A stretch of 64,000 nucleotides of DNA, from positions 32,087 to 96,086 of the forward strand of contig CALWVF010000039.1 of NCBI GenBank assembly GCA_944384925.1, given 5' to 3'. The position numbers were made by a program, and so were the translations under genes. This document shows, in pieces, positions 35,981 to 44,707 of the stretch. The DNA comes from an uncultured Clostridia bacterium. Its GTDB lineage: Bacteria; Bacillota; Clostridia; Oscillospirales; Acutalibacteraceae. Within the stretch, counting starts at the first letter, position 1; the number at the start of each line of letters is the position of its first letter. The notes beneath the pieces were generated by a model. It saw nothing but the letters and a program-made list of their open reading frames with translations. It searched no databases and was not told where the DNA came from.

Positions 35981-36012
35981 ACTAACATCACTACATATAA
36001 AGGATGTGTCTT

Positions 36013-36249
36013 ATGGACAAAGAAAAACGAACTAAGGCAAGTACTAAAGCTAAAACTAAATACAATAAAAAAACGTACTCAAGAACAACAATATCACTTA
36101 AACACGACGAAATGGATAAATTAAACTTACACTGTCAAAAGTTTGGTTACAGTAAAAATGGTTTTATTGTGAAGGCAATAGAAGAAAAGATAAAAAGAGA
36201 TGAAGAACAACAGGGTAATGAAATAGGTTGCAAAGATAAAAATGATTAA
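36013..36249 (+). CDS. Ribbon-helix-helix (CopG/Arc-like) DNA-binding protein
   Basis: Start ATG 36013 lies 8 nt after AAGGA. YSRTTISLKHDEMDKLNLHCQKFGYSKNGFIVKAIEEKI fits a strand-helix-helix pattern. Confidence 0.5.
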   Translation: MDKEKRTKASTKAKTKYNKKTYSRTTISLKHDEMDKLNLHCQKFGYSKNGFIVKAIEEKIKRDEEQQGNEIGCKDKND

Positions 36250-36514
36250 CAAGGATTGATATCAATCTAGCAATGTTGTTGAAATTATATTATTAATGTA
36301 TAAATAAGAAAGTACGACAACTTATGATAATATAATTACTTATGTGTCGATAATCTATGTCTCAAAACAAAGTATGTAAATGAAAAAATACATTGAATAC
36401 CATATAATATTAATTATGTTGAATAGCTTTAAAGCTGATAATATCAGTGCTTTACATGGTTTTAAAGGGGGATATTTTTCATAATTTTGCTCTAGAATCT
36501 TTTATATAAAAGGT

Positions 36515-36645
36515 ATAGCTACCCCAACCCAAACACAAACTTATTTTCATTTCAATCAGTCCCCTAACCCAACTACTTAATCATAAAAATAATCCTTATT
36601 TCAATCGAATCTTTAATCGCTGAAATAAGGATTATTTCTTTGTTA
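36515..36645 (+). ncRNA. Candidate small RNA: two C-rich motifs followed by a 17-bp hairpin
   Basis: ACCCCAACCCAAACACAAAC (36521-36540) and CCCCTAACCCAAC (36561-36573). Then a perfect stem 36587-36603 / 36621-36637 followed by a T-rich tail. No ORF with an SD in the 530-bp gap. Confidence 0.3.
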
Positions 36646-36782
36646 TTACATATTAAATTTATAAACCCTGTCATTATCAACTTTATCAAAACTTCTTTTC
36701 CTGCTATAAGCCGACTAAATTTTACACCAGACACCGTATAAAATATAGGTACTATATTATATTATAAAAGGAGTTCGGTCGT

Positions 36783-37073
36783 ATGAAAAATTTAGTCAGA
36801 TATTTTGTTGTTGATGAGAACTTAAATTATCCTGTTCAATTTCTTACATTCCAGATAACTGATGGTACAAGTAGCACGTTATTACAAAGTATTCCTTCTG
36901 AAGATATTAATATAGCAAAAAGGTTATACTCCTTTAAAACACTTGATAAAGCTATAGAATTTGCTAATTTAATGCAACTTCAAAACGATAGACTTATGTT
37001 TGAACATACATTTAATATTCAGAAAGTTATTTTTAACTGTAACAAAACATATATCAAAAATATACGCTTTTAA
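36783..37073 (+). CDS. Hypothetical protein
   Basis: 96-aa ORF after AAAGGAG. Confidence 0.4.
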   Translation: MKNLVRYFVVDENLNYPVQFLTFQITDGTSSTLLQSIPSEDINIAKRLYSFKTLDKAIEFANLMQLQNDRLMFEHTFNIQKVIFNCNKTYIKNIRF

Positions 37074-37084
37074 ATTTTACTTAT

Positions 37085-37113
37085 TTCGACATGTAAAACA
37101 CAATATAATACTG
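37085..37113 (+). promoter_or_regulatory. Conserved promoter-like motif (copy C)
   Basis: TTCGACATGTAAAACACAATATAATACTG, with TATAAT at 37103-37108, ~59 nt upstream of start 37167. Confidence 0.5.
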
Positions 37114-37166
37114 ATATAATCTTTCTATACAAAATAAATTTTTATATATCATAAGGAGGAACAACG

Positions 37167-38237
37167 GTGCAAAAAAAACAGGAAAAAATATTGTGTAAAA
37201 ACGGTCGCTTACCACTAAGTAAAAGGGAGTTTAATGTTGATAAAGAGCTAAAGGAGGAATTTTTATCAGGGAAAACTCAAAGCACTTTAAAACAAATTCG
37301 TGTAACTCTTTTTAAAGTTGATGAAGTTGAATTTAAAAAAAACAAAAAAATATATGACTTTGATTTAACGGAAATTGAAAATATGATTTTAGCAAAATTT
37401 CCCTATAGGTCTTTAAATTCTCTCAACGCTAAAATAAGTCATATAAAGTCCTATATTGATTACTGTGTTCAAAAAGGTTATGCAAAAACAAATAACTGTA
37501 GATTAATAAAAGGACTTGGTAAATATACTGTTGACATCAAAGCAAAAGATTTATACGTTACATATTCTCAATTAAAAGAAGTAACTGAAAAACTTATAAA
37601 TACATCTGATAAATTAATCCTAGAGCTTGCATTTTTAGGATTAACAAAACCAGAACTTGAAAATTTAGAGGAATCTAACATTGATTATGAACATAACACT
37701 ATAAGAGTATCAGACAATGGGGAAAGGGAAAGAACGATAGACCATATTCCAGATGAAGTTATGAAATTGTTAAATAAAAATTGTTTAACTGACTACTATA
37801 TTATAAACAATGGTAAACCTGATAAGCGTAAAATGAACCTTTATTATAATCCTCAAAAGTCACATAAACCCACATATAGAGAACTTAAAAGTGGAAATAC
37901 ACACGTATTTAAACTTACCGTAACTGCAACTAATATTGAACCTCAATCTGGATTTTTCCAAAATCGAATGGCTAACATACATAAATGGACAGGCTGTAAT
38001 TTCACTATTAACACTTTACGGATGTCGGGTATAGCCCACTATACCCTAAATTATAAAAAAGTAAATAACTTAGAAAAACTCAATAACCAGGATTACGCTA
38101 ATATTTACCAACGGTTTTATTATAATGACCCCTTTATTAAAACTTGTAATGGAAAAAGGAAATGTAAAAATGCTGTTTGGGATGTCGTGTTTAGTTTGAG
38201 AAAAACAGTAAAGCTATTATATGGTCAAGATATTTAG
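37167..38237 (+). CDS. Integrase-like protein with degenerate catalytic residues (possibly non-catalytic DNA-binding protein)
   Basis: 356 aa. N-terminal SAM-like/core-binding features (IKSYIDYCVQKGY). LAFLGLTKPELENL where Arg I is expected. NTLRMSG in place of HxLR. Confidence 0.4.
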   Translation: MQKKQEKILCKNGRLPLSKREFNVDKELKEEFLSGKTQSTLKQIRVTLFKVDEVEFKKNKKIYDFDLTEIENMILAKFPYRSLNSLNAKISHIKSYIDYCVQKGYAKTNNCRLIKGLGKYTVDIKAKDLYVTYSQLKEVTEKLINTSDKLILELAFLGLTKPELENLEESNIDYEHNTIRVSDNGERERTIDHIPDEVMKLLNKNCLTDYYIINNGKPDKRKMNLYYNPQKSHKPTYRELKSGNTHVFKLTVTATNIEPQSGFFQNRMANIHKWTGCNFTINTLRMSGIAHYTLNYKKVNNLEKLNNQDYANIYQRFYYNDPFIKTCNGKRKCKNAVWDVVFSLRKTVKLLYGQDI

Positions 38238-38365
38238 TCTTCTAATTGAATATATAAAATATTTCTTTAAATTTTTATAACTACTAAATACTGTTCCTAT
38301 TTTATGATTTAGGGAAGTATTTTTGTATCCATAATATTCCAAAAAATGATACATTCTTTTTATGG

Positions 38366-38397
38366 AAAACAAGATACTAAAGTATCTTGTTTTTTTT
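38366..38397 (+). terminator. Rho-independent terminator
   Basis: ACAAGATAC-TAAA-GTATCTTGT followed by T7. Confidence 0.75.
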
Positions 38398-38438
38398 GCG
38401 TAAAAATTTATAAATCTCATCGACATTATACTGCCTTT

Positions 38439-38505
38439 CCGATATATATAACACAGTATAATATACCCATATACACTTCAATATATAAAACACAATATTA
38501 GCAAT
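38439..38505 (+). promoter_or_regulatory. Conserved promoter-like motifs (copy A 38439-38465; weaker copy 38481-38505) upstream of the replication operon
   Basis: CCGATATATATAACACAGTATAATATA and ATATATAAAACACAATATTAGCAAT. TATAAT at 38457-38462. Confidence 0.5.
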
Positions 38506-38528
38506 TAGTAAAAAGGACGTGATAAGCA

Positions 38529-38720
38529 GTGGTTGAAAAACAATACTCTAAAAGGACATTTGAAAAAATATTAAAAAAGAATGGCTTTGTTTATGTCCGT
38601 TCAAAAGGCTCTCATAACATCTACTACAAGGGATCAATACACATTAGCATCCCTGTTACCAGCTCCCCTAACAAAATGTTAATTAAACGGTTGATAAAAG
38701 AGTACAACCTAGTTGTTTAA
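38529..38720 (+). CDS. hicA: HicA-family mRNA interferase toxin (no HicB partner evident)
   Basis: 63 aa. FEKILKKNGFVYVRSKGSHNIYYKG matches the HicA/YcfA signature (G-S-H). Confidence 0.7.
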   Translation: MVEKQYSKRTFEKILKKNGFVYVRSKGSHNIYYKGSIHISIPVTSSPNKMLIKRLIKEYNLVV

Positions 38721-38747
38721 TGATTACTAAAAGGAGAAATAAAAGTT

Positions 38748-39929
38748 ATGAACAAACAAAGTAAAAGTATGTTAATAAAAAAAGGAATATCCTCTTTTTC
38801 ACTAGTTGGTAATACTAAAATTAATGATTATTCTTTTACAATTGATAAACCATCTAAATCCTCTGATTGGATATACAATTCATTAAATTTAGGTGTTGAT
38901 TGTGGCAACGGCAATGTAGTGTACTCATCTCTAATGGGTGGATATGGAGCAAACAGAAACAATATATGTTATGTTCATGGAAAGGACAAAAATGGAAAAC
39001 CTAACTACAGCAACACATTTCAAATAGATTGGGAGGATAGATTCAATCAAAATATATTAGACAACATTGCAAGTGATTGTTTTATTAAAGTCGGACTTGA
39101 AAAAGATAGCAAAGGACAAAATTTTATAAAGTACTTCCTTTCCCCTTACGATGCTATTGCTTATATAAAAGAACATTTATCATCTGACACTGTTGTAAGA
39201 GTAAACGGTAATTTACAGTATCAGTATTATCGTAGCTTAAATGAGATAAAAGTAAATAAAAATATTACATCAATATACTTATCTAAAGCTGAACCTAAAG
39301 ATTTTAAAGCTGCGTTTGTTCAAACTATTTTACTTGATAGTGACAGTATTGGTAAACCTGAAAAGGATTCTAATACTATACCCATATACGCTTATGTGGT
39401 CGATTACGTTAACAAATTTAATGACCAACAAATAAAGCAGAATGTTGTAATACCTAAAACATTTGAACTAGAAATAAATGAGGACAAGCCTGAACAATTC
39501 ACTAAATTTACCAATAATTTTTTTAAGGTAAAGAAAAAGAACAGTGTTGACTCAATTGTTGTTGAAGGCGAATTTAACGAAGGCATGTCAATTAACACCG
39601 CTACACTAGATGATTTACCAGAAGATATTATTAGTTTAATTGATTGTGGTTATTTAACTAAAGAAGAAGCCTTAGCAAAATACACAACAGGTCAAAAGGA
39701 TAGAAAAATGATAATCAAAAGACCATACATAAAAAAATCCACCGCCCCTGATAATGACAACTCCCCTACCCTGTCTCTTATAAAAGAAACGGACAAGTAT
39801 TCCCTTGATGACCTTGTATTCTTAGAGAATCTTTTAGAAAAGCAAGCTCCTGAACCATATAATGAAGCTGAAATAAATAAAGATGATTCTAATGATGCTG
39901 AATGGTTAAAATCCTTAGGACTTGACTAA
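38748..39929 (+). CDS. Hypothetical replication/recombination-module protein (possibly SSB-like)
   Basis: 393 aa with an acidic C-terminal tail, directly upstream of a Sak4-like ATPase. Function not supported by any motif. Confidence 0.3.
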   Translation: MNKQSKSMLIKKGISSFSLVGNTKINDYSFTIDKPSKSSDWIYNSLNLGVDCGNGNVVYSSLMGGYGANRNNICYVHGKDKNGKPNYSNTFQIDWEDRFNQNILDNIASDCFIKVGLEKDSKGQNFIKYFLSPYDAIAYIKEHLSSDTVVRVNGNLQYQYYRSLNEIKVNKNITSIYLSKAEPKDFKAAFVQTILLDSDSIGKPEKDSNTIPIYAYVVDYVNKFNDQQIKQNVVIPKTFELEINEDKPEQFTKFTNNFFKVKKKNSVDSIVVEGEFNEGMSINTATLDDLPEDIISLIDCGYLTKEEALAKYTTGQKDRKMIIKRPYIKKSTAPDNDNSPTLSLIKETDKYSLDDLVFLENLLEKQAPEPYNEAEINKDDSNDAEWLKSLGLD

Positions 39930-39948
39930 TAATTGGAGGTTAAAAGTT

Positions 39949-41001
39949 ATGGCACGACAATATAAAACAAATGAGGTAAAAGTTGACCTTGCTTCTTATG
40001 TTCATTATTGGAGAGGAATAAAAAAGGTTGGTAAAACAACTCTGTTTAAAGATTTAATAAATAAGTTATATGACGGTGATTTATCAAGAGGTCTACTAAT
40101 AAGCTGTGGAAATGAAAATGGATTTAAAGCCCTTGATGGTTTAGTTTATGATATTGCAGAAGACTGGGATGAACTTGATGAAATTATTACAGACTTAATT
40201 GAAAATAAGTCCGATAATAATTTTGAATTTATATGTTTTGACACCGTTGATGAATTAATTAAAATCGCACAACAAGAAGTAATTAGACTACATAGAAGAG
40301 AAAAAGGCGTACCGCCAAGCGGATTCAATGCTTGCTTTGGTGGATATGGAGAACCTAGAAGAATACTTACAGAACTCATTGACGATATTATGACAAGATT
40401 ATCAAGAGCTGGATATGGTTTAGTTTGGATCGGGCATACAAAATTTAAAGAGATTGAAGAAAAAGACGGAACTAAATATCAATTATTGACTTCAAATTTA
40501 AACACTGACTATGATTTAATTTTCTCTGCTAAAGCAGACATAAATATGCTTATAAACATAGAAAAAGAAATAGACCAGCATAAAATACAAAGTATTCAAA
40601 GATACATGTGGTTTAGGGGTGACGGATTTATTGATGCCGGAGGACGTTTTACTAATATTGATAGCAAAGTTGAATTTTCAGTAGATAATTATATAAACAC
40701 GGTTGAAAAGGCAATTAGAAAATCAATAAAAAAAGATGTAAATGACAGCTACATAGAAGATAAAAAACAGCAAGAAAGAAGTGATAAGGAATCCTATTAT
40801 CAAAAACACAAAGCAGAACTGGTATGTAATAAGGAAAAACTGGTAGAAAAAATAAAATCAGCACTATTAGTTTTAGATAGAGAGAAACAACCTTTAATCT
40901 CAAAAAAGATTAAAGCTCTAAGTATTAATATTAAAGACTTACAAGATAACGATATTAATAAATTAAATGAATTAATGAGTTTCATAGATAGCCAATTATA
41001 G
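39949..41001 (+). CDS. AAA_24/Sak4-like RecA-fold ATPase
   Basis: ATG 39949 after GGAGG. Walker A GIKKVGKTTL, Walker B FICFDTVDE. Confidence 0.6.
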   Translation: MARQYKTNEVKVDLASYVHYWRGIKKVGKTTLFKDLINKLYDGDLSRGLLISCGNENGFKALDGLVYDIAEDWDELDEIITDLIENKSDNNFEFICFDTVDELIKIAQQEVIRLHRREKGVPPSGFNACFGGYGEPRRILTELIDDIMTRLSRAGYGLVWIGHTKFKEIEEKDGTKYQLLTSNLNTDYDLIFSAKADINMLINIEKEIDQHKIQSIQRYMWFRGDGFIDAGGRFTNIDSKVEFSVDNYINTVEKAIRKSIKKDVNDSYIEDKKQQERSDKESYYQKHKAELVCNKEKLVEKIKSALLVLDREKQPLISKKIKALSINIKDLQDNDINKLNELMSFIDSQL

Positions 41002-41062
41002 AAAAGAAAATTATTATACTGCTACTTTATTTTCTATTCAAATACTTTTATAAGGATGTGTA

Positions 41063-41671
41063 ATGTATATGAGTTATTTAAAAAACATTTATAAAATAAA
41101 GAATGATAGAAAGCTTATGTTAACAATACTGACTGTCTTATTAATATTAATATCATCTGCACAGCTTACAATTTGCTTAACTAATAAAGTTAATAAAAGT
41201 AAAAATATTAACAGCTTATTATACGAAACACAAAATATAAATTCATCCTTAATAGATATTAAAAATAATTTGTGCCAAAATAGTGAACCCAAGGTTTTAA
41301 ATAACTCTGAACCTTACCCCTTAACTAAACAACAAAGAGACTATATAGAACAAATAACTATGGGAGAAATGGGCGGAGAAAGCTTTATAGGTCAAATGGC
41401 TGTAGCTCAATGTATTTTAGATATGTCTAGGTATAAAAACATAGACCCAATAGAAGCAATTAAAATTAGTGGATACTGTAAACCCAAAAAGGACGTCACA
41501 GAAAAAGTAAAATGCGCTGTATCTGAAGTATTTGATAAAGGGAAAAGAGTTACATACAGCAGGCTGTTATATTTCTATGCACCACATATTGTGGATAGCA
41601 GATGGCACGAAACACAAAAGTACATTACCACAATAGACGGAGTTAGATTTTTTGATGGCTGGGATAAATAA
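41063..41671 (+). CDS. SleB/CwlJ-type cell wall hydrolase with N-terminal TM anchor
   Basis: Hydrophobic LMLTILTVLLILISSA. MGEMGGESFIGQMAVAQCILD resembles the Hydrolase_2 core. Confidence 0.55.
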   Translation: MYMSYLKNIYKIKNDRKLMLTILTVLLILISSAQLTICLTNKVNKSKNINSLLYETQNINSSLIDIKNNLCQNSEPKVLNNSEPYPLTKQQRDYIEQITMGEMGGESFIGQMAVAQCILDMSRYKNIDPIEAIKISGYCKPKKDVTEKVKCAVSEVFDKGKRVTYSRLLYFYAPHIVDSRWHETQKYITTIDGVRFFDGWDK

Positions 41672-41672
41672 A

Positions 41673-42137
41673 ATGACTGAACAAGAAAAACAAAGCTGGG
41701 CAGAGCTTTGTTTATACGTAAAAAAAGAAATTTTAAATTATGATGACAACATGAAATTTCCAAAATATCTTGCACTAAGACTAAGAGGATTAAAATCAGG
41801 GCAGTTCATAGCCAATAAAAATATTAAAACACAGGCAAATTATAGCTTTGATATCATACTAAAAACTTTTAAAGAATATAGAAACACAATTTTAAATGCA
41901 GTCAGTCAAAAGAACTTTAAGTCAGAACAAAATAAAATTAACTACATTCTAGCTATCATTGAGAGAAATATAAACGATGTTTATTTAAGTGAACAAAAGA
42001 AAGATAAAGTTGAAAGTCAAATAAACATTGATGATTTTAGTCTCTTTATTAATACCCCCGAAGGTTCATCTTTACACAAAAATACAAAAACTAAAAGCCA
42101 AAAAACCTTTGATGCATTAGTAAAGGAGTTGTGGTAG
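41673..42137 (+). CDS. Hypothetical replication-module protein
   Basis: ATG 41673 (MTEQEKQ...) just after the upstream stop; the track start at 41652 overlaps the upstream gene. Confidence 0.4.
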   Translation: MTEQEKQSWAELCLYVKKEILNYDDNMKFPKYLALRLRGLKSGQFIANKNIKTQANYSFDIILKTFKEYRNTILNAVSQKNFKSEQNKINYILAIIERNINDVYLSEQKKDKVESQINIDDFSLFINTPEGSSLHKNTKTKSQKTFDALVKELW

Positions 42138-43636
42138 ATGTGGTATCGCAGAAAAATACTCTATGGGAAAATGAATGCCTTAAAGCAAAAAAGAAGATAT
42201 CAGAAAACTCTTTAGCATCTGAAGCTAACGTATGTGCAATCCTTTGGAAAGAACCAGATTTATATGATATGTATGAATCTTTAGCCTTGGATGACTTTCA
42301 AAATAATTGTTGGAAAGTGTTTTTTGAAATAGGCAGACAAATTATATCTGATGAAAAGAAACATACATTAGACGAATTAACTGTAAGCTTCTACTTAACA
42401 AAACACGATAAATTAAAAGAAAAATATGAAGAATATGGTGGATTTAATACTATAAGCCAAGCTATGGAATATGTAAACACTTCAAATATTGACGGATATA
42501 TTAAAGACCTGTATAAATTCAAGACTCTAAAAACCATGCTATTTTTAGGTTTTCCTGTTGCTAAAAATCTTTCAAAATACATGGATATGACTTTAGAACA
42601 AATATATCAAACATTTGAAGCCATTTTAAATCACACATTTGCCAATGCCCAAATTTCTACCCCCACATATAACGTAGCTGATGGCATATTTGATTTAATA
42701 GAAAGTCTTAATAAAGGGCAGCACTTTGGTTTACCGCTTGACAGCTCAACACTTTTGAATGAACAAATCGCAGGTATTCAAAAAGGACATATATACATGT
42801 TAGGAATGTCGAGTGGTGGCGGTAAAAGCTTTTTAATGTGTCGATGGCTCTTGCCCAGCATAATTAAAGCCAATGAAAAAATTTGCATAATACTTAATGA
42901 AGAAGACTATACCAGAGTACAAACAGAATTACTTATATATTTCGCTAACAATGTTTTGGGCGGAAACATCCATAAGATAACCCTAAGAAACGGTAACTTT
43001 GACGATAAGACAAAAGACTTATTATACCGTGCGGCTGAAGAAATACAAAAGTTAAAAGAAAATCACACAATTACTATTATTTGTCTTGAATCATATAATG
43101 TAGACACTGCAATAAAACACATAAAAAAATATGCTTCCCTTGGCTGTTCATATTTTGTTCTTGATACCTTAAAGCTTAGTAATAATTCCATTGGAGAAAA
43201 CAGTTGGCTATCACTTCAAACTGATGTAGTAAAACTATATGACATTATAAAACCCGCTGGAAAAAATGTAGCTTTATTCCTTACTATGCAACTTGGAAAG
43301 CAAAGTCTTAATCAAAGGTATTTAAACAGTTTTTCCATTGGGGTATCTAAAAATGTAGTTGACGTTGCCAGTTGTTGTCTACTTGCAAGAATGGTTCTAC
43401 CAGATGAAAGAGAAAACCAAAGAAATTCTATAAAGTGTTTCCGTAGAGAAGGAAAAAATGGTCTTACTGAAATACCCTTTACATTAGACACGGATGCAAG
43501 AAAAAATTATCTGTTAATTTTTATTGCTAAGAACAGATTTGGGTATGCTAACAGCTATCAAATTGTCGCTGAAGTTGACTTTAGCACCAACTATTACAAG
43601 GAAATAGGATATGCAAAGGTTTTGCCTGATTTCTAG
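42131..43636 (+). CDS. DnaB-like replicative helicase
   Basis: 501 aa. Walker A MLGMSSGGGKSF, Walker B-like YFVLDTLK, RecA-fold C-terminal half. The start may be GTG 42140. Confidence 0.65.
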   Translation: MVDVVSQKNTLWENECLKAKKKISENSLASEANVCAILWKEPDLYDMYESLALDDFQNNCWKVFFEIGRQIISDEKKHTLDELTVSFYLTKHDKLKEKYEEYGGFNTISQAMEYVNTSNIDGYIKDLYKFKTLKTMLFLGFPVAKNLSKYMDMTLEQIYQTFEAILNHTFANAQISTPTYNVADGIFDLIESLNKGQHFGLPLDSSTLLNEQIAGIQKGHIYMLGMSSGGGKSFLMCRWLLPSIIKANEKICIILNEEDYTRVQTELLIYFANNVLGGNIHKITLRNGNFDDKTKDLLYRAAEEIQKLKENHTITIICLESYNVDTAIKHIKKYASLGCSYFVLDTLKLSNNSIGENSWLSLQTDVVKLYDIIKPAGKNVALFLTMQLGKQSLNQRYLNSFSIGVSKNVVDVASCCLLARMVLPDERENQRNSIKCFRREGKNGLTEIPFTLDTDARKNYLLIFIAKNRFGYANSYQIVAEVDFSTNYYKEIGYAKVLPDF

Positions 43637-43657
43637 TTTGTTAGGTGGTGAATTAAA

Positions 43658-44707
43658 ATAAATGTCACCGAATTAAAACAATTTATTATAGATAATAATA
43701 AGCAAGTAAAAATTCTTGAAGCGTTAAAATGCCATCACATAAGCCAAAAATGTAACCAAATAAGAGCTGCATATCCTGACGGAGATAATACATCGGCAAT
43801 ATGTGTATATTTAGATAGTCTAAAAGTACGCACTTACACTCACAATCAATTCTGCGGTGATATTTTTACTCTTGTCGGAGAAATTTTAGACCTAAACTTT
43901 TCCGCTTCATTAAGATGGGTTCATAAAGTTCTAAATATAAAACAAAATCAATGTAGTTATTTAACTAATAAAGAGGATTTAAAACACCAATTCCTTTCAG
44001 TCTTTACAAAGCATTTGTCTTGCTCTAAGCAAAGCTATAAAGACCAGCAAGTCTATGATGAAAGAATTATAGATAATTATATTCCTGCTTTACATACTAG
44101 TTGGCTAAATGAAGGAATTACCGAACTAACACGCAAAACATTTAACATTCGATACTGTCAAAATAGCAACAGGATAATTATCCCATATAGAAGTATAAAT
44201 GAATATAAAAAGTACATTGGGATAGTTGGCAGAACTACTTGTGATATGTATAAAGAACTTGGTATACCAAAATATTTAGCTATAAAACCATTTCAAAAAT
44301 CCGCTACATTATATGGCTTTATCGAAAACTATAATTCAATTCAAAAAACATCTTATGTAGTTATATTCGAGGCTGAAAAGTCTGTTTTAAAAAGATATAG
44401 TAGATTAGACGGCACAGCTTTAGCTTTAGGTGGACATGCTATTAGTAAAAAACAAATAGAGCTTGTCTTAGGACTAAATGTAGATATTGTAATTGCTTTT
44501 GATAAAGATATCAGTATTCAAGATGTCAGAGCTACATGTGAGAAGCTTTGGCTATACAGAAAAACTTATTATATATATGACAAGTGGGATTTATTAGGTG
44601 ATAAGGACAGTCCTGCCGATTTAGATAATCAAAACTACAAATTCATGCTTGATAATAAAGTTTCTTATAATGAAAGCGAACATAAGAAGTATCTTTCTGG
44701 GAGATGA
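43658..44707 (+). CDS. Toprim-domain DNA primase (extended 119 codons upstream of the track ORF; apparent ATA start)
   Basis: The open frame from 43652 encodes NVTELKQFIIDNNKQVKILEALKCHHISQKCNQIRAAYPDGDNTSAICVY... with no ATG/GTG/TTG before 44015. Toprim E (VVIFEAEKS) and DxD (VIAFDKD). Confidence 0.65.
   Translation: MNVTELKQFIIDNNKQVKILEALKCHHISQKCNQIRAAYPDGDNTSAICVYLDSLKVRTYTHNQFCGDIFTLVGEILDLNFSASLRWVHKVLNIKQNQCSYLTNKEDLKHQFLSVFTKHLSCSKQSYKDQQVYDERIIDNYIPALHTSWLNEGITELTRKTFNIRYCQNSNRIIIPYRSINEYKKYIGIVGRTTCDMYKELGIPKYLAIKPFQKSATLYGFIENYNSIQKTSYVVIFEAEKSVLKRYSRLDGTALALGGHAISKKQIELVLGLNVDIVIAFDKDISIQDVRATCEKLWLYRKTYYIYDKWDLLGDKDSPADLDNQNYKFMLDNKVSYNESEHKKYLSGR

Noticed and set aside
36411-36520. 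34-aa ORF (MKKYIEYHIILIMLNSFKADNISALHGFKGGYFS) in the 36.3-36.8 kb gap
   Set aside because: It has no Shine-Dalgarno sequence and no recognisable features. The region is better considered as non-coding or sRNA-bearing.
38217-38426. 69-aa minus-strand ORF
   Set aside because: It lies over a plus-strand rho-independent terminator and the intergenic promoter region, has no SD, and has a low-complexity AT-driven composition.
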